Shown here in pieces: positions 9,827 through 17,291 of a stretch of 64,000 nt of DNA; position 1 is the first letter of the stretch; every line of letters begins with the position of its first letter. The translations under genes were made by a program, and so were the position numbers. The stretch is taken from positions 165,997 to 229,996 of the forward strand of contig CAZHFF010000001.1 of assembly GCA_964531785.1 (NCBI GenBank), in the 5' to 3' direction. The notes beneath the pieces are model-generated. The model searched no databases. It saw only the letters and a program-made list of their open reading frames with translations, and was not told where the DNA came from. Origin of the DNA: an uncultured Candidatus Saccharibacteria bacterium. Its GTDB lineage: Bacteria; Patescibacteriota; Minisyncoccia; Phycocordibacterales; UBA12088.

Positions 9827-10243
9827 ATGACCACTCGACTCCCGCTCGCAGCGCTCGTCCTTGCTTGGGTCACGTACGCCGTGGACGTGCTCATGCACAC
9901 CCCAAGCCTGCCGATCGTCTATGCGGGCACCACGCTCCAGAACCCTATCGCGGAGGCACACCTGTACTGTTTCCTCCATGATATTCTGGGGGCGTTCATC
10001 CTCATCGTGTTTCCGGTCATTGTGCTCATGCTCGTCTACAGCGGTTTTCTGTTTGTCACCGCACAGGGGAATAGTACACAGATAGCGGACGCGAAGAAGT
10101 GGTTCTTCTGGGTCGTCGTAGGGGGCCTCATCATTCTGGGGGCACAGGTGCTGACCTGGGCGATCGAACGCACGGTCAATGATATAATGCAGGGGTCCGG
10201 AGTGGGCACACCGTTCGATACGGGTCGACAGGTATGCGGATGA
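9827..10243 (+). CDS. VirB2/TrbC-like pilin family small membrane protein (paralog A)
   Basis: Two TM helices flank a short polar loop: FPVIVLMLVYSGFLFVTAQGNSTQIADAKKWFFWVVVGGLIILGAQ. Confidence 0.75.
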   Translation: MTTRLPLAALVLAWVTYAVDVLMHTPSLPIVYAGTTLQNPIAEAHLYCFLHDILGAFILIVFPVIVLMLVYSGFLFVTAQGNSTQIADAKKWFFWVVVGGLIILGAQVLTWAIERTVNDIMQGSGVGTPFDTGRQVCG

Positions 10244-10608
10244 TCACAGCACTAGGTACAGTGGCAAGCATGTTGCTCGTCGCGGCTGGCACGCCGCTCG
10301 TGTCACGTGCGCAGTGCTCGGCAGATTCGACGTCTGCGTGCAGTCCGATACCGTTCGCGACCATATTCGAGCTTACGACCGCGATCCTTCAGGCGGTCAT
10401 CTTGATCGTATTTCCGATAGTCGTGTTGCTTCTCGTTTACACCGGGTTCCTGTTTGTCACCGCGCAGGGTAACAGTTCAAAGATCGAAGCGGCAAAGCGG
10501 GCGCTCCTCTGGACCATCATTGGTGCGCTCATAGTGCTTGGGGCACAGGCACTCTCGCTTGCGATCAAGGCTACGGTCGACGAGATCCGAACCGGCACCA
10601 CCCCGTAG
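10234..10608 (+). CDS. VirB2/TrbC-like pilin family small membrane protein (paralog B)
   Basis: Signal peptide, then FPIVVLLLVYTGFLFVTAQGNSSKIEAAKRALLWTIIGALIVLGAQ. Close paralog of A; overlaps A by 10 nt. Confidence 0.8.
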   Translation: MRMITALGTVASMLLVAAGTPLVSRAQCSADSTSACSPIPFATIFELTTAILQAVILIVFPIVVLLLVYTGFLFVTAQGNSSKIEAAKRALLWTIIGALIVLGAQALSLAIKATVDEIRTGTTP

Positions 10609-10614
10609 GGTGGC

Positions 10615-10968
10615 ATGACGCAAGAGCGTTTCCACGGTACCATGAAGCACATGAACCGCATTCCCGCATATCTATGGCTGCTGAACGGCCTGGTCCTTAC
10701 TCCTGGCGCTATCGCGTTCGCCCAGGAACGCGCACTGAAGGACATCCTCTCCATATTCATAGACCTGATCGACGTGATCATTCCGCTCATCATGTTGCTT
10801 GCGCTTGTGTTCTTCATATGGGGCGCGATACAGCTCATCTATGGGGCGGGGAATGACGCGAGTCGCAATGCCGCAAAGCAGACCATGGTCTGGGGCACGA
10901 TCGCCCTCTTTTGCATGGTCGCGATCTGGGGTATCGTGGTCATTATTCAGCGGTCATTCTTTGGGTAG
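10615..10968 (+). CDS. pilin-like small membrane protein (paralog C, FxWG..AGxD..WG class)
   Basis: LALVFFIWGAIQLIYGAGNDASRNAAKQTMVWGTIALFCMVAIWGIV. Same two-helix layout as D-H. Confidence 0.7.
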   Translation: MTQERFHGTMKHMNRIPAYLWLLNGLVLTPGAIAFAQERALKDILSIFIDLIDVIIPLIMLLALVFFIWGAIQLIYGAGNDASRNAAKQTMVWGTIALFCMVAIWGIVVIIQRSFFG

Positions 10969-10969
10969 C

Positions 10970-11353
10970 ATGTCGTCGGTCATACAACGGTCCGCTCTGT
11001 TCCTCGCGTTCGCGGCCGCATTGCCTGTGTTCGTGACCGCACAACAGGTCACGCTCCAGTCGATCATCGTGAGCTTCACCGCTGCCCTTGCCCCGATCGT
11101 GGGTGTTCTGGTCGCGATAGCGCTCGTGGTGTTCCTCTGGGGCCTGGTGCTCTTCATTGCAAGATCTGACGAGGATGCGGCTCGTGAGGATGGCAAAAAA
11201 CGCATGCTCTGGGGTGTGGTTGCACTCTTCGTGATCGTGGCGGTGTGGGGTATAGTGTCCTTGCTGGGCATTCTGCTCGGCATCGACTCGGGCAGGACCG
11301 GCTGTAACGCGCCGCAGATCCTAGCCGACGGGACGGTTTCAGGGTGTCAGTAA
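10970..11353 (+). CDS. pilin-like small membrane protein (paralog D)
   Basis: ATG 10970 follows the stop of C directly. Signal peptide, then VVFLWGLVLFIARSDEDAAREDGKKRMLWGVVALFVIVAVWGIV. Confidence 0.7.
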   Translation: MSSVIQRSALFLAFAAALPVFVTAQQVTLQSIIVSFTAALAPIVGVLVAIALVVFLWGLVLFIARSDEDAAREDGKKRMLWGVVALFVIVAVWGIVSLLGILLGIDSGRTGCNAPQILADGTVSGCQ

Positions 11354-11371
11354 CAGTTACAAGTAACTAAC

Positions 11372-11758
11372 ATGTATATGCGGAACATACTCATAGCAGC
11401 GGGCTCACTCGCGTTGGTCGCCCCAGGAGTGGCACTTGGGGGCGGTGGTGCCGGGCCGGATGCGGGTTCGGTCAACCTGTCGTTCTTCGGCGATGCGTTT
11501 GGGCAGATCGCAGGCTTGATCAACCAGCTCATACCGCTCCTCATAGCGGTCGCACTCCTCCTGTTCATCTGGGGCATGATCACGTTCATTTTGGCGGCGG
11601 GTGATGAGGACGCGCGAAGGACCGGACGCCACAAGATGGTGTGGAGTATCATCGCGCTCTTCGTGATCGTGTCGGTCTGGGGACTGGTCGGCCTCTTGAA
11701 TCAGATAACCGGAGTAGAGCAGGGGACCGGCTTCATTCAACCTGAGACCGGGCTCTAG
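11372..11758 (+). CDS. pilin-like small membrane protein (paralog E)
   Basis: Signal peptide ending VALGGGGAG, then LLLFIWGMITFILAAGDEDARRTGRHKMVWSIIALFVIVSVWGLV. Confidence 0.75.
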   Translation: MYMRNILIAAGSLALVAPGVALGGGGAGPDAGSVNLSFFGDAFGQIAGLINQLIPLLIAVALLLFIWGMITFILAAGDEDARRTGRHKMVWSIIALFVIVSVWGLVGLLNQITGVEQGTGFIQPETGL

Positions 11759-11770
11759 GCTGTAAACGGC

Positions 11771-11855
11771 AGAGCTTATACACAGGCATTCCTTTACAGG
11801 AACGCGGTAACTCTCTACCCTATAGGTATGCGGTTCGCCTCTCCGCACGCACGGT
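11771..11855 (+). repeat. conserved upstream segment, copy 1 (before paralog F)
   Basis: AGCTTATACACACAGG..CCTTTACA..ACTCTCTACCCTATAGGTATGCGGT..CCGCACGCACG aligns with 12356-12445. Confidence 0.7.
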
Positions 11856-11890
11856 AGTGTTTTACCAGTTTATTAGTAGCATACGACGAT

Positions 11891-12292
11891 ATGAAAAAAA
11901 TTCTTGCTGGCGGTTCGTTGGCTCTGCTCGCACCGTTTGCCGTCCTGGCTGGCGGCGGCGGCAGTGCCACCACAGATCTAAGCTTTTTCACCGAGTTCTT
12001 TACCCAAGTCGGTGAGATCATTAGCATCCTCGTGCCGATCCTCATCGGTCTTGCGCTCCTCCTCTTCCTTTGGGGCTTGGTCAAGTTCATCTGGAATTCA
12101 GATGATGAGGGTGCACGTGATGAAGGTAAGAAGATGATGCTCTGGGGTGTGATCGCCCTCTTCGTGATCGTGTCCGTCTGGGGCTTGGTCGCGCTCCTCA
12201 ACCAGCTCACGGGCGTGAGCCAGGGGGAACAGGCTGAGGAAGTATACGTTCCGACAGGCGCGGGTGGTGGTGGTGGACCAGCGCTTCCGTAG
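11891..12292 (+). CDS. pilin-like small membrane protein (paralog F)
   Basis: MKKILAGGSLALLAPFAVLAGGGG signal region, then LLLFLWGLVKFIWNSDDEGARDEGKKMMLWGVIALFVIVSVWGLV. C-terminal Gly run. Confidence 0.8.
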   Translation: MKKILAGGSLALLAPFAVLAGGGGSATTDLSFFTEFFTQVGEIISILVPILIGLALLLFLWGLVKFIWNSDDEGARDEGKKMMLWGVIALFVIVSVWGLVALLNQLTGVSQGEQAEEVYVPTGAGGGGGPALP

Positions 12293-12355
12293 TGCATAAA
12301 GCAGTGTGCGGTGTCACATGACATCGCGGTGTAGGAGCGGGGCGCTGTGGTGTGA

Positions 12356-12445
12356 GCTAAGCTTATCCACACAGCGCCCTTTACACTACCCGTCATACTC
12401 TCTACCCTATAGATATGCGGTCTACCTCCCCGCACGCACGTTGTA
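12356..12445 (+). repeat. conserved upstream segment, copy 2 (before paralog G)
   Basis: Aligns with 11771-11855 with a few substitutions. Part of the F/G segmental duplication. Confidence 0.7.
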
Positions 12446-12477
12446 TTATCAATGTTAAATAACATGAATCTCTCGTT

Positions 12478-12849
12478 ATGAAAAAAGTTCTTGCTGGTAG
12501 TACAGCTTCCCTGCTCGCACCGTTCCTTGTGCTCGCTGGAGGTGGTGGTGCTGCCACGGACCTCAGTTTTTTCACTGAGCTCCTTAACCAGATCGGTGAG
12601 CTCATCGGACTCTTGGTACCGATCCTCATTGCGCTAGCTCTCGTGTTCTTCCTCTGGGGCCTTGTGGTGTTCATCATGAACTCCGGAGATGAGTCTGCGC
12701 GCGATGAGGGTAAGAAGAAGATGATCTGGGGCATCATTGCGCTCTTCGTGATCGTGTCCGTCTGGGGCTTGGTCGCTCTCCTCAACCAGATCACGGGCGT
12801 GAGCCAAGGCGAACAGGTAGAAGACGTCTACGTGCCAGGTCAGGGATAG
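12478..12849 (+). CDS. pilin-like small membrane protein (paralog G)
   Basis: Roughly three quarters identical to F by eye, with the same LAGGGG junction and the same GVSQGEQ.E.VYVP tail. Confidence 0.8.
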   Translation: MKKVLAGSTASLLAPFLVLAGGGGAATDLSFFTELLNQIGELIGLLVPILIALALVFFLWGLVVFIMNSGDESARDEGKKKMIWGIIALFVIVSVWGLVALLNQITGVSQGEQVEDVYVPGQG

Positions 12850-12870
12850 TACTGGCTAGATACGTGCGGG

Positions 12871-12900
12871 CAAAAGCGGGGCTCATCCCCGCTTTTGTGT
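12871..12900 (+). terminator. rho-independent terminator after paralog G
   Basis: CAAAAGCGGGG ctcat CCCCGCTTTTG followed by TGT. Confidence 0.7.
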
Positions 12901-12942
12901 ACAAGCCGCTTGTTCTCTCTAAAACTGTGGTACGCTTAGGGT

Positions 12943-13230
12943 ATGCAAACGGTTGCTCGGTTCGTAGACGCGGTCAATCAGGCTATCATCAACCCTATCA
13001 TCGGGGTTATATTCGCGGCCGCCCTGCTCCTGTTCCTGTTTGGTGCCGCAAAGCTCGTGCTCAATGCGGGCGACGACACCAAGCGTAATGAGGGTAAACA
13101 GCATATGCTCTGGGGCATCATCGGCATGGTGATCATGGTGTCGGTGTTCAGTATACTCAAGGTCGCACTGTATACGTTCGGCGTGACGAGTGCCGACCTG
13201 CCTACCCAGGACCTGCCCCTAAAGCTTTGA
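12943..13230 (+). CDS. pilin-like small membrane protein (paralog H, no signal peptide)
   Basis: LLLFLFGAAKLVLNAGDDTKRNEGKQHMLWGIIGMVIMVSVF. TGGTACGCT 12928-12936 lies 6 nt before the ATG. Confidence 0.7.
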   Translation: MQTVARFVDAVNQAIINPIIGVIFAAALLLFLFGAAKLVLNAGDDTKRNEGKQHMLWGIIGMVIMVSVFSILKVALYTFGVTSADLPTQDLPLKL

Positions 13231-13232
13231 AC

Positions 13233-13258
13233 AAAAAAAGCGCCGCTCGCGCTTTTTT
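13233..13258. terminator. bidirectional rho-independent terminator
   Basis: AAAAAAGCGC cgctc GCGCTTTTTT, between the end of the pilin array and the 3' end of tRNA-Lys. Confidence 0.75.
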
Positions 13259-13262
13259 CATG

Positions 13263-13335
13263 TCCGCCCGGTAGGATTCGAACCTACGACCATTCGGTTA
13301 AGAGCCGACTGCTCTACCAACTGAGCTACGGGCGG
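13263..13335 (-). tRNA. tRNA-Lys (anticodon CTT)
   Basis: Cloverleaf folded by hand: acceptor CCGCCCG/CGGGCGG, D arm GCTC..GAGC, anticodon loop CTCTTAA, T arm GTAGGTTCGAATCCTAC. No encoded CCA. Confidence 0.85.
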
Positions 13336-13480
13336 ATGCCCAGGCTGCCACAGGCAGTGCGAGTATCCTACCGCCTTTTCTGCTGTAAAGCAATCGGTCG
13401 TGGAAGCTTCCTGTTCATAGCAGATACAGGTGACCTTTCAGCGCTATGGATTCGATGGTACACTCGTGCTTGTTACGGAT

Positions 13481-13562
13481 GCTGGGGTGGCGAAATTGGT
13501 AGACGCGCTTGCCTTAGGAGCAAGTACCGCAAGGTATGGAGGTTCAAGTCCTCTCCCCAGCA
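13481..13562 (+). tRNA. tRNA-Leu (anticodon TAG)
   Basis: Acceptor GCTGGGG/CCCCAGC, anticodon arm CTTGC-CTTAGGA-GCAAG, long variable arm, T loop TTCAAGT. Confidence 0.85.
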
Positions 13563-13582
13563 CAATGACGAGCACCCAGCAC

Positions 13583-13671
13583 GCTGGGGTGGCGGCCAAC
13601 GTAATTTTGGGGTAGACGCGCTTGCCTTAGGAGCAAGTACCGCAAGGTATGGAGGTTCAACTACCCCAACA
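13583..13671 (+). pseudogene. degenerate tandem copy of tRNA-Leu(TAG)
   Basis: Repeats GCTGGGGTGGCG and an identical 49-nt core (TAGACGCG..GGAGGTTCAA). It has a 14-16 nt insertion in the D loop and lacks the 3' T-stem strand. Confidence 0.55.
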
Positions 13672-13803
13672 CAGATAAGGTGTTCAGTGGTTTTCAACTA
13701 TCTCAGACAACCAGGACACCGGCGACGTTCCGCTACAAGAGACTGCGGCAGAGTCCGGTCGGGGGGAAGCTCCCAGGGAGCATCCCGCTATTCGTTGTGC
13801 TCT

Positions 13804-13886
13804 GTGCCGAGGGCGGGAATCGAACCCGCATCCCTATTGGGACACCATTTTAAGTGGTGCGTGTATACCAGTTCCACCACCCCGGC
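13804..13886 (-). tRNA. tRNA-Leu (anticodon TAA)
   Basis: Acceptor GCCGGGG/CCTCGGC (one G-U pair), anticodon arm CACCA-CTTAAAA-TGGTG, long variable arm, T arm GCGGGTTCGATTCCCGC. Confidence 0.85.
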
Positions 13887-13972
13887 AGTGTTCGTATCGG
13901 GTGTCCGTATGCGAATGCGAATATCTCGTATCCTGCATACGATCTCCCCATGCGCGTACGTGAGGCACGGGC

Positions 13973-14044
13973 GGGAATCGAACCCGCGCATGTCGGTTTT
14001 GCAGACCGAAGCGTTACCACTTCGCCACCGTGCCAATACCAGAC
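13973..14044 (-). tRNA. tRNA-Cys (anticodon GCA)
   Basis: Acceptor GGCACGG/CCGTGCC, anticodon arm TCGGT-CTGCAAA-ACCGA, T arm GCGGGTTCGATTCCCGC. Confidence 0.85.
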
Positions 14045-14096
14045 AGCTTACTGTGTTTGTGCGCTTTTGAAAAGCATACCGTAGAGAGGCCGAGCA

Positions 14097-14426
14097 CTAT
14101 TCTGACAGCAGTTCGTCTATCTTTCGACGCGCCTTCTCTTGGGCATCGAGCACGAACTCGACGTGAGGGACGTGTTTGAGCGACGCATGTGCCTTGAGGT
14201 ACGCTTTGCAGTCACCTCGCTTGCGCATGAGGAAACCGAGCGCCGGTCCTTCAGCTGCTTCGGGGAACACGGACACACGAAACGTGACGCGGGCGCCTCG
14301 ATCCCCAAGGTCAACACCGGTAACGGTGATGAGCGACTCGCGGTTGGAGGTCTCCGCGATGTATGCGCTCGCAAGGTCCTTCAAGAGCAGGGCAAGTTTT
14401 TCGTCACGCGTGGACATGATGCTCAT
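14097..14426 (-). CDS. rbfA: ribosome-binding factor A
   Basis: 109 aa, immediately downstream of infB and overlapping it by 4 nt. Size and the ITVTGVDLGDRGARVTFRVSVF pattern fit RbfA. Confidence 0.75.
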   Translation of the reverse strand: MSIMSTRDEKLALLLKDLASAYIAETSNRESLITVTGVDLGDRGARVTFRVSVFPEAAEGPALGFLMRKRGDCKAYLKAHASLKHVPHVEFVLDAQEKARRKIDELLSE

Positions 14427-15937
14427 TGTTCCGTGATGGTAAATGCTTCGAGCAGGTTCCCATAGGCGAGCTCATGATCAAGTTCTATCTCGACCTGCGC
14501 CCCGCAATCATTGCCGGTTTCGACTTTATTCGTATCTGACTTGCCTGCTTTAAGCGAGACGACCGTGCCGTAGACAAGATCGCCGGCGGCTAGAGATACC
14601 TGGAACCGATCACCCTTTGTGAGCGTGCCAGACTCCACCCGGCAGCCGATCGTCTGCACCTTCTTGGTGTAGCTGAAGCATTTCAGCACCTTTACCACTG
14701 CGTGGACGAGCTTTTCCCGCGTGCGTGGACGTCGGCGTGTGATCGCGGCCGGGAACCAGTCCGCAAGCTCATAGATGATCCGGAACGTCGCGATCTCGAT
14801 CCCAAGACGTTCAGCGAGCTCTTGCGCGGCACTATCGACACCAACATTGAACCCGATGACGAGCGTCATGCTATTACCACTCGCGTACTTGACGTCACCC
14901 TCGGTTATCGCACCGACGCCCTCTCGAACCACGCGGAGTACCGTCTTCTCGTCATCGTACTTGCGGAGCTCGTGTATGACCGCTTCGAGCGACCCCACCA
15001 CATCGGCTTTCACGACGACCGGTACTTGGAACCGTGCGTCTGCCGTATTTTCAGGCTCAACATGGAGCGCTGCATGTTCCTGCGAGCGCGCATCACGCAC
15101 GGCAATCTGAGCCGCTTTTTTGTCGGGCACGGTCGTGAATCGTGCCCCGACCGGGGGAATCTCTGAAAAACCGACCACCATGATAGGGCTCGAGAACGAA
15201 GCGGTCTTGAGCGGCTTGCCTCGAAAGTCCTCCAGGATGCGTAGCGGCGCACTTGCACTGCCGGCAACCACGTACTCGCCCGCGGTCAGGGTGCCGTTCT
15301 TAATGATGAGCGCGGCAGAGATCCCACGGCGCGGGTCGCAGTGTGACTCGATCACAAGGCCGCTCGCAGGCGCGTCTGGGTCGCCGGTCAACTCTTCAAG
15401 GTCGGCAGCAAGGAGGAGTAGGTCGAGGAGCGCCGGGATGCCTGCACCCGTCTTTGAACTGATCGGTACATAGGGGATATCGCCGCCCAGGCCCTCGAGA
15501 TATATGCCGTGTTCCAGGCAGCTTGCCTTTGCGCGCTCGACGTTCGCGTTCTCCTTGTCGATCTTGGTGATCGCGACCAGGTAGGGAATCCGTGCTTCAA
15601 GGATGGCCCGGAGCGCCTCGAGCGTCTGTGGTTTGACGCCATCGTCGGCCGCTATGACCAGAATAGCGAGGTCTGCGGTATTCGAGCCTCGCGAGCGCAG
15701 GTGTTGGAACGCCTCGTGGCCGGGGGTATCGAGGAACGTGATCTTCCGCGTCTGGCCGGAGTCCGGCGTATGCTCGACCTCGTACGCTGAGAGGTGCTGG
15801 GTGATGCCGCCGGCCTCATGCTCGGCGACCTTGCTCTTTCGGATGTAGTCGAGCAGTGTGGACTTGCCATGGTCAATGTGCCCCATGACGGTTACGACAG
15901 GGGGACGCGGTACAAGGCGTGTACTTGAGGTGCTCAT
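14423..15937 (-). CDS. infB: translation initiation factor IF-2 (short form lacking long N-terminal region)
   Basis: G domain [29 protein letters not shown], followed by the IF2 C-terminal domains. Start placed at MSTSSTRL; the ORF runs on to 16057. Confidence 0.92.
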   Translation of the reverse strand: MSTSSTRLVPRPPVVTVMGHIDHGKSTLLDYIRKSKVAEHEAGGITQHLSAYEVEHTPDSGQTRKITFLDTPGHEAFQHLRSRGSNTADLAILVIAADDGVKPQTLEALRAILEARIPYLVAITKIDKENANVERAKASCLEHGIYLEGLGGDIPYVPISSKTGAGIPALLDLLLLAADLEELTGDPDAPASGLVIESHCDPRRGISAALIIKNGTLTAGEYVVAGSASAPLRILEDFRGKPLKTASFSSPIMVVGFSEIPPVGARFTTVPDKKAAQIAVRDARSQEHAALHVEPENTADARFQVPVVVKADVVGSLEAVIHELRKYDDEKTVLRVVREGVGAITEGDVKYASGNSMTLVIGFNVGVDSAAQELAERLGIEIATFRIIYELADWFPAAITRRRPRTREKLVHAVVKVLKCFSYTKKVQTIGCRVESGTLTKGDRFQVSLAAGDLVYGTVVSLKAGKSDTNKVETGNDCGAQVEIELDHELAYGNLLEAFTITEQ

Positions 15938-16039
15938 AGCGGCAGAAACCAGGCTCTCGGCGTGAGGTTCTTGGCCAGAGTATAGCCGAAACCGCGACAT
16001 TTGGCAAAGAAGACCACACTGGTGTACGCTAGGCAATAC

Positions 16040-17257
16040 ATGAGCAGGACACCACACGATCTCGTTTACCTCGACAACGCCGCCTCAACGCCGGTCGATC
16101 CGCGCGTGCTCGCCGCAATGGCCCCGTACTGGAGCGAACGGTACGGGAACGCAGGAGCGCTCCATAGCGAAGGCACCTACGCGAAAGAGGCGATCCGCAC
16201 CGCACGCGAACAGGTCGCCGCGGTGCTCGGTGTCGCAAGCGATGAGGTCATATTCACCTCAGGAGGCACCGAAGCCAACAACCTGGCAGTGGTCGGGCTC
16301 TTCAGGAGCTTGGTCCACGAAGGCAGAGCACCGGAACGTATCCACATGATCACGAGCACGATCGAGCATAGCTCGGTCCTCGACTGCTTTCGTGCGCTCG
16401 AACGTGAGGGGATGCGCGTGAGCTATGTTCCCGTGGATAGCAACGGCCGTATCTCGGCCGACGAAATCGTTCGTGCTACGACAGAGGATACGGTGCTCAT
16501 TTCATGCATGTATACGAGCAACGAGATCGGTGTCGTAGAGCCGCTCGGTGAAATAAAACGTGCGCTCGGAACGTCACATACTACAGGCAAGCGGCCGCTC
16601 GTGCACACCGATGCGAGCCAGGCACCCGCGTGGCTCGCATGCAAGGCGCACTCGCTCGGTGTTGACATGCTGACGCTCGATGCGCAGAAGGTGTACGGTC
16701 CCAAGGGTATCGGCTGCCTGTACCGGGCTCGGCCCGTAGTGCTCGAGCCGGTGCTCTACGGAGGAGACCAGGAATTCGGTCTTCGTCCCGGCACGCCACC
16801 CACCCCGCTCATCGTTGGTTTCAGCGAAGCGTTGCGACTGGTCGAGGAAGAGCGTGCGCAGTATGTGGACGTAGTTCGGAACCTGCGCGACCGCCTGATC
16901 GCGCTCATCCGTGAGCGTGTGCCGGGCGTGGTCCTGAACGGTCCGAGCGGCCGTGATCGACTTGCGAACAACTGCAACTTCTCGTTCCCGGGGCTCGATG
17001 GTGAACGTATCGTCGTCGAGCTCGACGTCGAGGGAATTGCGGCGTCGACACGCAGCGCATGCCTCTTTGCCCAGGCGCCCGGCTCGTATGTCGTTCGAGC
17101 GCTTGGCAAGGGTGATGACGTGGCGAAGGGTGCGGTTCGGTTCACCTTATCGAGGCATACAACGCAGGCAGAGATAGACCGCACCGCGCTTGTGCTTGGA
17201 GATGTCGTCCACCGCTTATACAATGAAGTGAACGGAGGGCGCAGAGCAGGGTACTAG
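16040..17257 (+). CDS. cysteine desulfurase (class V aminotransferase, NifS/IscS-like)
   Basis: YLDNAASTP, TSGGTEANN, HTDASQ and a SACLFAQ-type active-site Cys region. Confidence 0.88.
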   Translation: MSRTPHDLVYLDNAASTPVDPRVLAAMAPYWSERYGNAGALHSEGTYAKEAIRTAREQVAAVLGVASDEVIFTSGGTEANNLAVVGLFRSLVHEGRAPERIHMITSTIEHSSVLDCFRALEREGMRVSYVPVDSNGRISADEIVRATTEDTVLISCMYTSNEIGVVEPLGEIKRALGTSHTTGKRPLVHTDASQAPAWLACKAHSLGVDMLTLDAQKVYGPKGIGCLYRARPVVLEPVLYGGDQEFGLRPGTPPTPLIVGFSEALRLVEEERAQYVDVVRNLRDRLIALIRERVPGVVLNGPSGRDRLANNCNFSFPGLDGERIVVELDVEGIAASTRSACLFAQAPGSYVVRALGKGDDVAKGAVRFTLSRHTTQAEIDRTALVLGDVVHRLYNEVNGGRRAGY

Positions 17258-17291
17258 CGGCACGGCGTTCTTCATGGTATAATCACATTCT

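Noticed and set aside
13672-13803. Possible SRP (4.5S) RNA in the 130-nt spacer between convergent tRNA genes
   Set aside because: It contains ACCAGG and a GGAAGC segment, but not the conserved GGUCCGGAAGGAAGCAGCC helix-8 core on either strand. Only short, weak stems are present.
13336-14070. 244-aa ORF spanning the tRNA cluster
   Set aside because: It runs through four tRNA or tRNA-like genes, has a non-protein-like composition (Arg/Cys/Ser-rich), and has no start-site signals. It is a chance open frame in GC-rich RNA genes.
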